Shown here: one piece after another, positions 40,348-50,363 of the stretch
Position numbering within the stretch: the stretch's first letter is position 1
Layout of the letters: each line of letters opens with the position of its first letter
NCBI GenBank assembly: GCA_963663385.2
Contig: CAXXXD010000003.1
Location: forward strand, 768,001-832,000
DNA length: 64,000 nucleotides
Direction: 5' to 3'
Source: Oceanispirochaeta sp.
Lineage (GTDB): Bacteria > Spirochaetota > Spirochaetia > DSM-2461
The notes under the pieces: generated by a model
The model's database searches: none
Told to the model about the DNA's origin: nothing
Seen by the model: only the letters and a program-made list of their open reading frames with translations
Program-made: the position numbers and the translations under genes

Positions 40348-41168
40348 TCCTTCAATCCTCCGTCCATCAACCCGCTGATGATTTTCTTCTGAAGGATCAG
40401 CACAATGGATATAAGGGGCACAACGATAACAACCGATGCTGCCATTATGGTTCCCCAGGGGATGTAATTTTCCGATTCATAGAGTTTCAGCCCCACGGTT
40501 ACCGTTTTGACACGTACCGGATTCAGGACAAGGGCAAAAAGGTATTCGTTCCATACCTGTATAAAAACCAGGATCCCTACGGTGAAAACTCCCGGACCCA
40601 GGAGGGGCAGTATGATTTTTGTAAAGCTGACGAAGGGAGAAGCCCCGTCAATTTCCGCGGCATCTTCCAGATCTGAGGGAATCGACCGCAAATAGGGGGT
40701 CAGAAACCAGATGGATGTTGTAAGGCTGAATAGGGTATTGGTTATGATGAGCCCCGCATGAGAGTTCAGAAGACCGGCTGTCTGTATGATTTTATAGATT
40801 GGCCTGACTATTACAATGGGCGGAAGAAGGGATATAGACAGGACCAGAAGCAACATCATGGTTTTTCCCTTTATGGGTGTACGGGCCAATGCATAGGCTG
40901 CCATGCTTCCAAGAGCCAGGGAAATAAGAGTGGCTGCGATGGCAATAACAACACTGTTATAGAGGAATCCGGCCAGGGGTTGCGACTGGAAGGCTCTCTC
41001 AAAATTCAATAAAGTGGGTGGAGCGGGCAGCCATTTCAGAGAAAAAATATCCCGTTCCAGTTTGAATGCGTTCAATACCTGCCAAAAAAAAGGGAAACCA
41101 ATCACCAGTATAAATAACAGTGAAAATAAATAAAAGATGGATCTGTCGCGCAGTTCGCCTCGGATCAT
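40344..41168 (-). CDS. Carbohydrate ABC permease (MalG-like)
   Basis: LEDAAEIDGA, WNEYLFAL, PWGTIMAA. Confidence 0.9.
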   Translation of the reverse strand: MIRGELRDRSIFYLFSLLFILVIGFPFFWQVLNAFKLERDIFSLKWLPAPPTLLNFERAFQSQPLAGFLYNSVVIAIAATLISLALGSMAAYALARTPIKGKTMMLLLVLSISLLPPIVIVRPIYKIIQTAGLLNSHAGLIITNTLFSLTTSIWFLTPYLRSIPSDLEDAAEIDGASPFVSFTKIILPLLGPGVFTVGILVFIQVWNEYLFALVLNPVRVKTVTVGLKLYESENYIPWGTIMAASVVIVVPLISIVLILQKKIISGLMDGGLKE

Positions 41169-42055
41169 CGCACTCTCCTTTTTTCAAGGGAAATCTTTTC
41201 CTGAATAACCTGCAGAAAGAGCAGGGCGATAATAACCGTCAGGATAAAAGTTACTGTTGCCAGGGCGGAACCGTATCCATAATTCCCCGCATCAAAATAG
41301 GTTCTCAGAGTATAGAGGGTAAGAGATTCGGTCGTATTGGCGGGACCGCCGTTTGTAAGGGCTACAATAATTGTATACACCTTAAAAGACTGAATCATTC
41401 TGAACAGCAAGGCTGTAAAGAGTATCGGCTTTAAAAGGGGCAGTGTAATCCTGAAGTAGCGGGATATTCCTCCCGCCCCGTCGATAGCCGCAGCTTCCAT
41501 CAGGGCTTTGGGAATATTCTGAAGACCTGCCAGAACCAGCAGGGATACATAGGGTGCTGTTTTCCATATATCGGCAACAATTAGAATAAACCGTGCTGTT
41601 TCGGTCTGACTGAGCCATGGAATAAAATCGGGGATTATCCGGGCGTATGTCAGAATCTGGTTCATAACGCCGTACTGATCATTAACCATGAAATTCCACA
41701 TAAAACCGCTGACAATGGTTGGAATGGCCCATGGGATCAGAACCACGACACGCAGCAGGGCTTTCCCCCTGTAGTCCCTGTTCATAAACTGGGCGAATAA
41801 CAGCCCAAGCACCACCTCGAACAGAACTGTCAGCAGTGTAAAAATCAGAGTGAAGCTCAGGGCCGAATAGAAACGTTCGGTTGTAAACATCCGGATATAG
41901 TGCTTCATTCCGACAAACTGTTTCATCTCTCCGAACTGAAGCCTGTATTCAAAAAAACCGAGCATCAGGGTTCTGAATACGGGATAAACGGCAAAAATGA
42001 GAAAGATTAAAAGTGTAGGTGATATCATAACGTAACCAAGTTGTTTTCTGGTCAT
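41165..42055 (-). CDS. Carbohydrate ABC permease (MalF-like)
   Basis: PWAIP, ADIWKT, EAAAIDGA, TNGGPANTT. Confidence 0.9.
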   Translation of the reverse strand: MTRKQLGYVMISPTLLIFLIFAVYPVFRTLMLGFFEYRLQFGEMKQFVGMKHYIRMFTTERFYSALSFTLIFTLLTVLFEVVLGLLFAQFMNRDYRGKALLRVVVLIPWAIPTIVSGFMWNFMVNDQYGVMNQILTYARIIPDFIPWLSQTETARFILIVADIWKTAPYVSLLVLAGLQNIPKALMEAAAIDGAGGISRYFRITLPLLKPILFTALLFRMIQSFKVYTIIVALTNGGPANTTESLTLYTLRTYFDAGNYGYGSALATVTFILTVIIALLFLQVIQEKISLEKRRVR

Positions 42056-42071
42056 TATTAACTCCGGGTAA

Positions 42072-42113
42072 ACAGGGGCTGCCGTAGAAGTACAGTACTG
42101 CGGCAGCCCCTGT
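42072..42113 (-). terminator. Intercistronic stem-loop after the SBP gene
   Basis: ACAGGGGCTGCCGTAG...CTGCGGCAGCCCCTGT. Confidence 0.65.
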
Positions 42114-42136
42114 GGTTTCGTTAGGGAAAGTAATAC

Positions 42137-43423
42137 CTACTGTCCTATTTTATTCATCTCTTTTTCGGCATCATACAATGCCTGGGCGGGAGACTTTTCG
42201 CCTCTCAGGGCGTTCTGAACCTCAACCTGGATAACGGAGGAAATTTCAGCATAGAAAGGAGACTGAGGCCGGGGAACAGCATTTTCCAGGACACCCGTAA
42301 TCATACCGAAAAAGGGATTCTTTTTCAGAATGTCCGCATCATCATAGAGGCTTCTGCGGGCCGGGAGGTAGGAATCGTTGAGAGCATGGAGCTTCATGGC
42401 ATATTCGCCGGCATAAAAGTTCATGAATTTAAGGGCTGCTTCCTTGTTTTTAGAGTGCCTGTTAAGAAAGAGCTGCCATCCGCCCAGGGTACTGTGACCT
42501 CTTTTACCGCTCTCTCCTCTGGGAAGTTCGGCAACACCCAGCAGACCGCTTACCATGGAATTTTCCGGGTTCTGGCCCAGGGCGTAGGCTTTGGGCCAGG
42601 CTCTCATAAAAACCTGTCTGTTCTGGAACATGGAAGCCCGGGCATCACCGCTGCCGTAGGAGAGGGCACCTTCCGGGAAAAGACCTTTTTCATAAGCTGT
42701 ACGCATAAGTTCAAGGATCTCCACGTTCTCGGGGCTGTTAATTACGATGTTTCCCTTTTTATCAATCACTTCACCGCCGTTTGAGTAGAACCATTCCACC
42801 GCATTGCATGTAAGGCCTTCATACTGTTTCATTGAGCCCACAAGGGCGTACATTTCTTCGGATCCCGCTTTTTCTTCGGCCTGAATAATTTCGTCTGCCG
42901 TGGCAAAAAGTTCATCCCAGGTTTCGGGGACCGGTTTGTTATATTTTTCAAGAAGGTCTTTTCTGTAAAACAGAACACCTGCATCTGTCCGGAAAGGGAT
43001 CCCCCATATACTTCCATTATAAGATGCCGCCGCAATTGTTCCGGGAAGAAAGGCTTTTCTTTCGGATGAGGGAAAGGCCTTATCCAGGTTTTCTATCAGT
43101 CCTGCCGATGCAAAAATGGGTGTCCATGTTACATCCGCATTAAAAAAGTCAATGGAATCATCCCCGCTCTGCAGAGCGATAAGCAGGGCCTGAAGTTTAT
43201 CGGTTGTATTCTCCGGCAGCTCTATAAGATTAACGGAGATATCGGGATACTCTTCATTGAAGGTTTTGATGATCATTTCCTGAGTGTTATCCAGAGTAGA
43301 GGCATGGGCATACCAGTTTAAACTGACCGGTCCTTCCGGGACTTCCTGTCCTCCTCCGGCAAATACCGGACAAAGGAATAGTGTCGAAAGGACAATAAAA
43401 ATAGGGATACATAATTTTTTCAT
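42137..43423 (-). CDS. ABC substrate-binding protein, trehalose/maltose-binding type
   Basis: DVTW, TDAGVLFYRKDLL, QYEGLTCN, FMRAWP, TLGGWQL, PRP..P.Y. Confidence 0.85.
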   Translation of the reverse strand: MKKLCIPIFIVLSTLFLCPVFAGGGQEVPEGPVSLNWYAHASTLDNTQEMIIKTFNEEYPDISVNLIELPENTTDKLQALLIALQSGDDSIDFFNADVTWTPIFASAGLIENLDKAFPSSERKAFLPGTIAAASYNGSIWGIPFRTDAGVLFYRKDLLEKYNKPVPETWDELFATADEIIQAEEKAGSEEMYALVGSMKQYEGLTCNAVEWFYSNGGEVIDKKGNIVINSPENVEILELMRTAYEKGLFPEGALSYGSGDARASMFQNRQVFMRAWPKAYALGQNPENSMVSGLLGVAELPRGESGKRGHSTLGGWQLFLNRHSKNKEAALKFMNFYAGEYAMKLHALNDSYLPARRSLYDDADILKKNPFFGMITGVLENAVPRPQSPFYAEISSVIQVEVQNALRGEKSPAQALYDAEKEMNKIGQ

Positions 43424-43440
43424 AATATTACTCCTCCTAT

Positions 43441-43557
43441 GCAATATAATGCATATGCACATTATATTGCGGTTTTATGTATTAATCAACAGATAGATAA
43501 AAGTTATTTTAAATTAAAACGCATTATATTGCGTAATATGATCATTTGTGCTATATT
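43441..43557. promoter_or_regulatory. Three copies of an 11-bp operator plus the promoter of the divergent regulator
   Basis: GCAATATAATG at 43441(+), 43460(-) and 43522(-); TTGCGT-N17-TATATT at 43529-43557. Confidence 0.75.
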
Positions 43558-43564
43558 ATTGGCT

Positions 43565-44788
43565 ATGAACAGGGAAGGTAAAAAAATCAGCCAATTATTA
43601 AAAAAGATGCGTCAGGAGAGGGGACTGTCCCAGAGTGCCGTGGCAAATGGACTCTCTGTACCGGTTCGTACCTACCAGAGCTGGGAGGCCGCCTATACCT
43701 CCAATATCGATAACCTGATAGCTATCTGTATGTTTTACGGGATTACACCGGTGGAACTTTTTTCCGGCTGGCAGGATGAAAACCGATCAGACAGGGTAAT
43801 TAAAAAAGAGAACCCCTTCGGGAAAGAAAAGGAAATACTGAACTTTCTGATGGAGGGAGGAACACTGGATGTCATGATCGACAGATATCCTGATATTTTT
43901 CAGAGTACCGATGAAAATACTGAGGATATTCTATACCGTCTGATTCTGGACATTTACTTTACCCATCCGGACGTTCTTAAAGCCGTTTTTCCCGGGTTCT
44001 GCCGGGAAAAGGAACAGTTGATTTCAGAACGGTATCATATCCCCGCAGAGGCTGTATCAGTTGTCTGTACAGAGAAGATACAGTATCAGCTGTTAAAAGA
44101 AATTCTGCTCTCGTTTCCGGGGGCCGATACTTTAACCGAATGGGTTTCGGATAAACCGGGGTTCAGGCTGGGAATAAGCAACGGGTATACGGTCGCCAGG
44201 ATTTTTGATCAGCTGGAAAGATCCAGGGTTCGAAATCTGAACCTTTTTCCTTTGAACTTTTCAAATACCCAGGTGGATTTCCCCATATCCTCCAACTCAT
44301 TAATCTCTTCCTTTCTTTATAAAACCGAAGGATACGGCAATGTAATGGACACACCCGGTGAGATGGAGATTTACGGTTCCATGCTGCTGGCTGATGCGGT
44401 CATTCTCGGTGTCGGGACCTTTCAGAAAGAGGGGTTGTACGAAACCATGATCCGGTCTTCCCTCGGCAGCTCCAGGATGGATATCATCCATAAAGCCGGC
44501 GCTGTCGGCGACCTGAACTATAATCTGCTGGACAGAGAGGGGAATCAGATCGATATCCCCGAAATCATCAGTCCCATGGGACACCCGGAAAACTCTTCCT
44601 TAATCAAGGCAATCAATCTGGATCTTCTTTCCCAGAAGGCGGACAGGGGCTGCCGGGTTATGGTTGCAGCCGCGGGGGAGCATAAAGCCCTTCCGGTGCA
44701 CCTTTCCCTTAAAAAGGGTTATGCCAATCATCTGCTTATCGATTATTCGCTGGCGGAGGCCTTGCTGGAGATAGAGCAGGCGGTTTGA
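43565..44788 (+). CDS. Transcriptional regulator: XRE HTH fused to a SorC/DeoR-type sugar-binding domain
   Basis: LKKMRQERGLSQSAVA...TYQSWE; LGISNGYTV, DAVILGVG, GAVGD, AAGEHKA..., ANHLLID. Confidence 0.75.
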   Translation: MNREGKKISQLLKKMRQERGLSQSAVANGLSVPVRTYQSWEAAYTSNIDNLIAICMFYGITPVELFSGWQDENRSDRVIKKENPFGKEKEILNFLMEGGTLDVMIDRYPDIFQSTDENTEDILYRLILDIYFTHPDVLKAVFPGFCREKEQLISERYHIPAEAVSVVCTEKIQYQLLKEILLSFPGADTLTEWVSDKPGFRLGISNGYTVARIFDQLERSRVRNLNLFPLNFSNTQVDFPISSNSLISSFLYKTEGYGNVMDTPGEMEIYGSMLLADAVILGVGTFQKEGLYETMIRSSLGSSRMDIIHKAGAVGDLNYNLLDREGNQIDIPEIISPMGHPENSSLIKAINLDLLSQKADRGCRVMVAAAGEHKALPVHLSLKKGYANHLLIDYSLAEALLEIEQAV

Positions 44789-44837
44789 CAATTCATATTT
44801 GACTTTCTCCTGATTAGAGTATTAAATAATTTTAAGA

Positions 44838-46082
44838 ATGAAAGATAACTTTCTCCTGATGGACATCAGGTTTCTTAAAAGAATCCTCTTTCCCATGATC
44901 TGTCTCTGCTACTTTGCCGTGGGTGCTCTTTTTCTGATGGGCAGGGACCGCCCCTTTCCGGCGAGCTGGAATATTCAGTTTCTGCTGCTTCTGTCTGTAA
45001 ACTTTCTTTGCACCCTATTGCTTTTTCTGATTAAAAGGAAGAACAGTTCCGCCAATGGTCTGGTCGTGGCCGGCCTCTTCCTGATTCAGCTGGCTTTAAA
45101 ATATATAATGACAAAACCTTTCAGCAGCGATATTTGGTTTGAGTATTTTCTGATCATTATTTTGCTGCTGGAGGGAATTCCTGTTTTAAAAACTGACGAA
45201 ACACTGGTTCTGACCCTGGGGATTGCTCTTTCTGTACTTCTGACCAATCACAATGGCGTCTTCTGGGGACTGGAAATTCCAGTTCGGAGCCGGGAAACAA
45301 AGAGCTCTCTCTTTCTGCTGACCATGCTGATTTCTGGTCTTAGCATTATGATCAAACAGGCTTTTGCCGTAGTCCTGAGAACCGGAGAGATAGTCGTGAA
45401 TCAGAAAAGGATTATTCAGAAGCTTTCTGCCTCCAATACGGAGCTTCAGAGTTATGCCAACCTGGCGGAAGAGCGGAGTATGATAAACGAGAGGCTGAAG
45501 CTGACACGGGAAATTCACGATACCGTGGGGTATACCATGACCAATCTGCTGATGATGCTGGAAGCCTGTACGGATCTGCTGAAGGTTAATCCTGAAAAAC
45601 TGGAAAAGCTGCTTTATCAGGCTCTTGACATTTCCAAAAGCGGTCATGAGGAAATTCGCCAATCCCTGCGAACTCTCCGGAATACAAACCTGAAGGAAAA
45701 AAACAGCATTGAGTCAATTCAGCACCTGACCGGTATCTTCATGGAGTCCACCGGGGTAGAAGTCCGTGTGGATTTCGGCAACCTTCCCTGGAGGCTGAAC
45801 CGTAAAATTGATCATATCATCTACCGTTTCCTTCAGGAAGCCATGACGAATGCCCTGGCACATGGGGAAGCCAAAAGTATTGATATCCGTTTCTGGCTGA
45901 ATGATAAAATGATCCGGATCAGTATCGAAGATGACGGCAAGGGAAGCGAGGATATCGAACAGGGCATCGGCATAAAGGGGATGGGTGAACGCCTGTCGGA
46001 AGTTGAAGGCCGGCTCAGTTATAATAACAGTACGTCGGGGTTTGTAATCTGGGCGGAAATTCCATGGAGCAGTAATGAATAA
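44838..46082 (+). CDS. Membrane sensor histidine kinase (HisKA_3/NarX type)
   Basis: ERLKLTREIHDTVG, QEAMTNALAHG, EDDGKG, GIGIKGM.ER. Confidence 0.92.
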   Translation: MKDNFLLMDIRFLKRILFPMICLCYFAVGALFLMGRDRPFPASWNIQFLLLLSVNFLCTLLLFLIKRKNSSANGLVVAGLFLIQLALKYIMTKPFSSDIWFEYFLIIILLLEGIPVLKTDETLVLTLGIALSVLLTNHNGVFWGLEIPVRSRETKSSLFLLTMLISGLSIMIKQAFAVVLRTGEIVVNQKRIIQKLSASNTELQSYANLAEERSMINERLKLTREIHDTVGYTMTNLLMMLEACTDLLKVNPEKLEKLLYQALDISKSGHEEIRQSLRTLRNTNLKEKNSIESIQHLTGIFMESTGVEVRVDFGNLPWRLNRKIDHIIYRFLQEAMTNALAHGEAKSIDIRFWLNDKMIRISIEDDGKGSEDIEQGIGIKGMGERLSEVEGRLSYNNSTSGFVIWAEIPWSSNE

Positions 46083-46719
46083 AACCAATATCCTTATAGT
46101 GGACGATCAGATCCTTTTTGCCGAAAGCCTTAAAACGGTTCTGGAATTGCGCAGCGATGGGTTTCAGATTATCGACATTGCCGCCGATGGCAGGGAAGCG
46201 GTGCGGATGGCGGAAATCCATAAACCCGCCCTGATCCTTATGGATATACGGATGCCCGGTATGAACGGGGTGGAAGCGGTCGGTGTCATCAAGGAACGAT
46301 TCCCGGAAATCAAGGTCATTATGCTTACCACCTTTGATGACGATGAATATATCTATAATGCTCTGAATAACGGAGCAGACGGTTATCTGCTTAAGAATAC
46401 CTCACCCGAAAAACTGATAGCCTCTATCGAAGCGGTGCTGAACGGGCTTGTTTTAATCTCCCCTGTCATTATCAAACACTTGACAAAAGAGGGTAGTCCC
46501 CAAAGGGACAAAAAGGAGAAACCTCTCTGGTTCGAAGAATTGAGTACACGGGAAAAACAGGTTCTCCAGCTCCTTTCCAGCGGTTTGAACAATAAGGAGA
46601 TTGCCGAAGAACTTTTTATTGCCGACCAGACCGTTAAAAATCACGTCAGTCTCATATACAACAAGCTCGGAACCAGCGATCGTCTTAAGGTTATCCGCAT
46701 TGCAAAAGAGTATTTTTAG
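46075..46719 (+). CDS. NarL-family response regulator (canonical receiver)
   Basis: IVDDQ, LMDIRMP, MLTT, YLLK, LuxR HTH. Confidence 0.93.
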   Translation: MNKTNILIVDDQILFAESLKTVLELRSDGFQIIDIAADGREAVRMAEIHKPALILMDIRMPGMNGVEAVGVIKERFPEIKVIMLTTFDDDEYIYNALNNGADGYLLKNTSPEKLIASIEAVLNGLVLISPVIIKHLTKEGSPQRDKKEKPLWFEELSTREKQVLQLLSSGLNNKEIAEELFIADQTVKNHVSLIYNKLGTSDRLKVIRIAKEYF

Positions 46720-46760
46720 AAACCAGGGATAGACAACCCGCCGGACCGGCAGAAAACCCT

Positions 46761-46798
46761 GTACTGTCAAATCGGTACGGATATCGGTACTGGAGTAC
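46761..46798 (+). promoter_or_regulatory. Candidate response-regulator binding repeats
   Basis: ATCGGTAC at 46771 and 46783; GTAC at 46761, 46775, 46787 and 46795. Confidence 0.5.
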
Positions 46799-46872
46799 CT
46801 TGCTGTATAGGAAACACGGACTTAAAATTAAATCCTATCAGAAACAAATCCCGTTAAAAGGAAGGAGATTGT

Positions 46873-48144
46873 ATGAAAAAATTACTTATGGGAGCTTTAT
46901 TGCTGATTATGGCAGTAAATTTCAGCTTTGCCAACGGTTCTACGGAGCTGCCTACGGAAGAGAGCGATGGAGATAAGGTCACACTGGTTTTTACAAGCTG
47001 GAGAACAGAAGATATCGAGCGTATGAACCGCATCAATGAAGCATTTACAAAAGAAAATCCTGATATAGTTATTGATTTTCAGCCGGTTAAGGATACGGAA
47101 TACGATGCACAGCTTAAACAGTCCCTGGCTGCCGGAGTAGGCGCAGACATCATCTTTCTCCGTTCCTATGATTCAGGCTATCAGATCTACAAGACCGGTT
47201 CTCTGGCCGAATTGAACAGCAAAATCAGTAATCTGAAAGATTTCCCCTCTGCAGCCGTGGCAGCCTGGGCCACTCCTGATAATATCAGCTATGCCATACC
47301 GGCGGCCGGTGTTGTTCATGGCGTTTACTACAGAAAAAGCATATTCAAAAAATATAATCTGACTATCCCCGAAACCTGGGATGAGTTTATGAAGGCATGT
47401 AAAACCCTCAAAGACGGCGGCGAGACAGTATTTGCACAGGGTACCAAAGACAACTGGATGCTGTATGAAGTTATGTACTCCGGACTGGGTGCCAACTTTT
47501 ACGGTGGAGAAGAAGCCCGTCAGGCTCTGATGGACAAGAAAATCCGCTTTACCGACAGTGCTTTCGTTACGGCTATGGAGAGGATGAAGGACCTGCAGCC
47601 TTTCTTTCCCGACCGGTTTGAAGGAATTGATTATGTAACGATGCAGCAGATTTTCGGAACAGGAAATGCCGCCATGTTTATGGGCGGAAGCTGGGAAATC
47701 GGAATTTTCGATGACCTGGGCGGGCTGGATGATGTCGGATACTTTGCTCCCCCCCTGGCAGCAAAGGGCGACACTCTGCAGTACTGTTTCCATGTTGATG
47801 CCGGTATCGGTATGAATAAAAACTCAAAACATCCTGAAGAGGCTCTGATTTACATGAAATGGCTGGCATCATCCGAATACGCACAGCTTTACATGAACGA
47901 ACTGCCCGGATTTTTCAGCTACACACCCGGAAACTATACCCTTGAAAATGAACTGGCCAAGCAGATGCAGAGCTATGTTGCCAAATCTGTTCCTACAGTC
48001 AGAACTGTCTGGGAAAAGCTCTCAGCCGAGTCTCCCTCCGGTAATGAGCTTCTGGGCGAAGCCGTTCAGAAAATGTATGCCGGAGAATTTACCCCGGCAG
48101 AAGCCTGCAAGTATGTAGACGACGGTCTGGCCTGGTATTACTGA
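46873..48144 (+). CDS. Carbohydrate ABC substrate-binding protein
   Basis: Signal peptide; SWRTED, YYRKSIF...PETWDEF, GSWEI. Confidence 0.9.
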   Translation: MKKLLMGALLLIMAVNFSFANGSTELPTEESDGDKVTLVFTSWRTEDIERMNRINEAFTKENPDIVIDFQPVKDTEYDAQLKQSLAAGVGADIIFLRSYDSGYQIYKTGSLAELNSKISNLKDFPSAAVAAWATPDNISYAIPAAGVVHGVYYRKSIFKKYNLTIPETWDEFMKACKTLKDGGETVFAQGTKDNWMLYEVMYSGLGANFYGGEEARQALMDKKIRFTDSAFVTAMERMKDLQPFFPDRFEGIDYVTMQQIFGTGNAAMFMGGSWEIGIFDDLGGLDDVGYFAPPLAAKGDTLQYCFHVDAGIGMNKNSKHPEEALIYMKWLASSEYAQLYMNELPGFFSYTPGNYTLENELAKQMQSYVAKSVPTVRTVWEKLSAESPSGNELLGEAVQKMYAGEFTPAEACKYVDDGLAWYY

Positions 48145-48356
48145 GACGTCTACCCGATTGATCTCCTGAAGGAACTTCTGTTCCCGCAGGAGTCGTTAAA
48201 CGATCCTGTTAAAATTCCCCTCCTGAGACAGGAGGGAATTTAAAAATGCTTTACTACCGGGACCACCGGGCAGTTCCGGATATAAAATAATTCCGAGAGT
48301 TTCGGTACAGCTTGCTGAACGGACGTCAATATACAAAAAAGACAAGGAGGAGTTTT

Positions 48357-49280
48357 ATGATTGAGGCACAGAAGAAGCATGCCAGATTTTTATTTCTGTT
48401 CATCTTTCCGGCTTTTATCGTATACACGGTATTTATGCTTCTGCCCATCCTGAACTCTATGAGATACAGCCTCTATACCGGGGACAGTCTGGTTCCCAAT
48501 GAATTTGTGGGGCTGGATAATTATATCAGACTCTTTACGGAAGAGCGGTATTATACAAAGTTCTGGAATGCTTTCCGGAACAATATCAAGTTTTTTATCA
48601 TAGTCACACTGGTCCAGAACGTTATGGGCTTTTTTATGGCTGTTATGATTTCCAGGAAATTCAGGGGGAATAAGTTTATGAGAAAGCTGAGTTTTCTCCC
48701 CACAACCCTGTCTGTTCTTGTGGTTGGATACATTTTTAAATTGATATTGAACCCCTATTATGGAGTTTTTGATAAATTTATGGTTGCCATCGGACTTGAA
48801 GATATTATTCTGCCCTGGCTGGGTGATCCCCGAACCGCCATATATGTGGTAGCCCTGGCAGTCAGCTGGCAGTTCTTCGGTGAATCAGTACTTTTCTACA
48901 GTTCGGGTATTGACGGAATCAGCGACTCCATTATGGAAGCCGCCCGGATTGACGGTGCCAATATATGGCAGGAAATCTGGCATATTATCCTGCCCTCTGT
49001 TCTTCCTATTGTCAGCATCGTTACCATTCTGATCTTTATCGGAGACTTTACTCAGTTCGATATTATCTTTGCCATGACAGGAACACGGGGGGATCCCGGC
49101 TACAGTACGGATCTGTTCGGGTCTCTATTCTACCGGACTGCTTTTTCTTCCAGTGAAAGGGGAGGCTGGGGGACCGGTATGGGCGCCACTGTTGCTACCA
49201 TGATGTTTATTATCGTTACCATCGGCGTTGGTGTTTTTCTTGCTTTCTTCAGGAAAAAACAGGAGGAGCTGGAAAGATGA
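48357..49280 (+). CDS. Carbohydrate ABC permease (MalF-like)
   Basis: AGGAGG RBS; WLGDP, EAARIDGA, FDII. Confidence 0.9.
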   Translation: MIEAQKKHARFLFLFIFPAFIVYTVFMLLPILNSMRYSLYTGDSLVPNEFVGLDNYIRLFTEERYYTKFWNAFRNNIKFFIIVTLVQNVMGFFMAVMISRKFRGNKFMRKLSFLPTTLSVLVVGYIFKLILNPYYGVFDKFMVAIGLEDIILPWLGDPRTAIYVVALAVSWQFFGESVLFYSSGIDGISDSIMEAARIDGANIWQEIWHIILPSVLPIVSIVTILIFIGDFTQFDIIFAMTGTRGDPGYSTDLFGSLFYRTAFSSSERGGWGTGMGATVATMMFIIVTIGVGVFLAFFRKKQEELER

Positions 49281-50110
49281 CAAGTCTGAAAAAGAAAACT
49301 TTACGCGGGGGACTGTATATTGTTATGGTGCTATATGCCCTGAGTATACTCATTCCGCTGTTTATTATGATCATGACTTCATTCAAGTCAAATGCAGAGA
49401 TTTTCAGGAATCCCTTCGGACTGCCCGAGTCATTCAGTATGGAAGCCTATATTAACCTTTTTGTTATTGCCAACTACGGGAAATTTTTCCTGAACAGTAT
49501 GGGTGTAACGATTCTCTCTCTCGCCATTGCGGTAACCATCTCGGCTCTGGCCGCTTATGCAATAAGCAAGTACAACTTCAAATACAGCAAAGCTCTCTAT
49601 ATCTATTTCGTGATTGGACTGGTGGTACCCATTAAGCTGGGAACTATCGATATTATGATTACCATGCTGCGATTGAGCGTCTACGACAGCCTCTGGGCCC
49701 TGATCATCGTTTATATTGCCATGGCCATCCCCTTAAGCGTGTTTATACTCTATGACTATATTAAAATGGTTCCCGAAGAGCTTTCCAGCGCCGCCCGGAT
49801 CGACGGCTGCAGTGAACCGCGTATTTTCAGCAAAATTATGGTGCCCCTGATAAAGGCCGGGCTGGCTGCGGCAGGGATTATCAGTTTTATTCCCAACTGG
49901 AACGAATTCTGGTTTCCCCTGGTTCTGATCAAGAGCAAGGAGCACTATACGATCCCACTGGCCACAGGACAGCTCTTCGGACAGTTCGACACCAAGCTCA
50001 ATCTTGTGTTCGCCGTTCTTTCCCTGGCCACTGTTCCTGTTATTGTTATTTACCTGCTCCTTTCCAATTATTTTGTAAAAGGATTGTCCGCAGGAGCCGT
50101 CAAGGGTTGA
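49277..50110 (+). CDS. Carbohydrate ABC permease (MalG-like)
   Basis: AARIDGC, WNEF, GLSAGAVKG. Confidence 0.9.
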   Translation: MTSLKKKTLRGGLYIVMVLYALSILIPLFIMIMTSFKSNAEIFRNPFGLPESFSMEAYINLFVIANYGKFFLNSMGVTILSLAIAVTISALAAYAISKYNFKYSKALYIYFVIGLVVPIKLGTIDIMITMLRLSVYDSLWALIIVYIAMAIPLSVFILYDYIKMVPEELSSAARIDGCSEPRIFSKIMVPLIKAGLAAAGIISFIPNWNEFWFPLVLIKSKEHYTIPLATGQLFGQFDTKLNLVFAVLSLATVPVIVIYLLLSNYFVKGLSAGAVKG

Positions 50111-50142
50111 TTCTCAGACTATTTCTGACACAATTTCCCATT

Positions 50143-50175
50143 CCTCCGGTATAGTTCTGATACCGGAGGTTTTTT
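50143..50175 (+). terminator. Intrinsic terminator of the ABC operon
   Basis: CCTCCGGTAT...ATACCGGAGG followed by T6. Confidence 0.8.
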
Positions 50176-50299
50176 ATAATAACCGTTTACTCCAATGGAA
50201 TGCGACAAGCTGCAATTGTTATAGGTTGGGAATAGGAACTTTTCCGGAAAAAAGCTATTAGTTTTTAAATAATAAAAAGGATTTTTCCTGCTGCAGACC

Positions 50300-50332
50300 A
50301 AAAAAACCGGGTCCTTCAACGAAGGACCCGGT
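50300..50332 (-). terminator. Intrinsic terminator of the hyd-nfn operon
   Basis: ACCGGGTCCTTC-AAC-GAAGGACCCGGT preceded by an A-run. Confidence 0.85.
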
Positions 50333-50363
50333 CAATCAATATTTTATATAGAAATTCCCTTGC

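Noticed and set aside
32658..50110. Three sugar ABC clusters lacking an ATPase gene
   Set aside because: Normal for CUT1 systems that share an MsmX/MalK ATPase encoded elsewhere.
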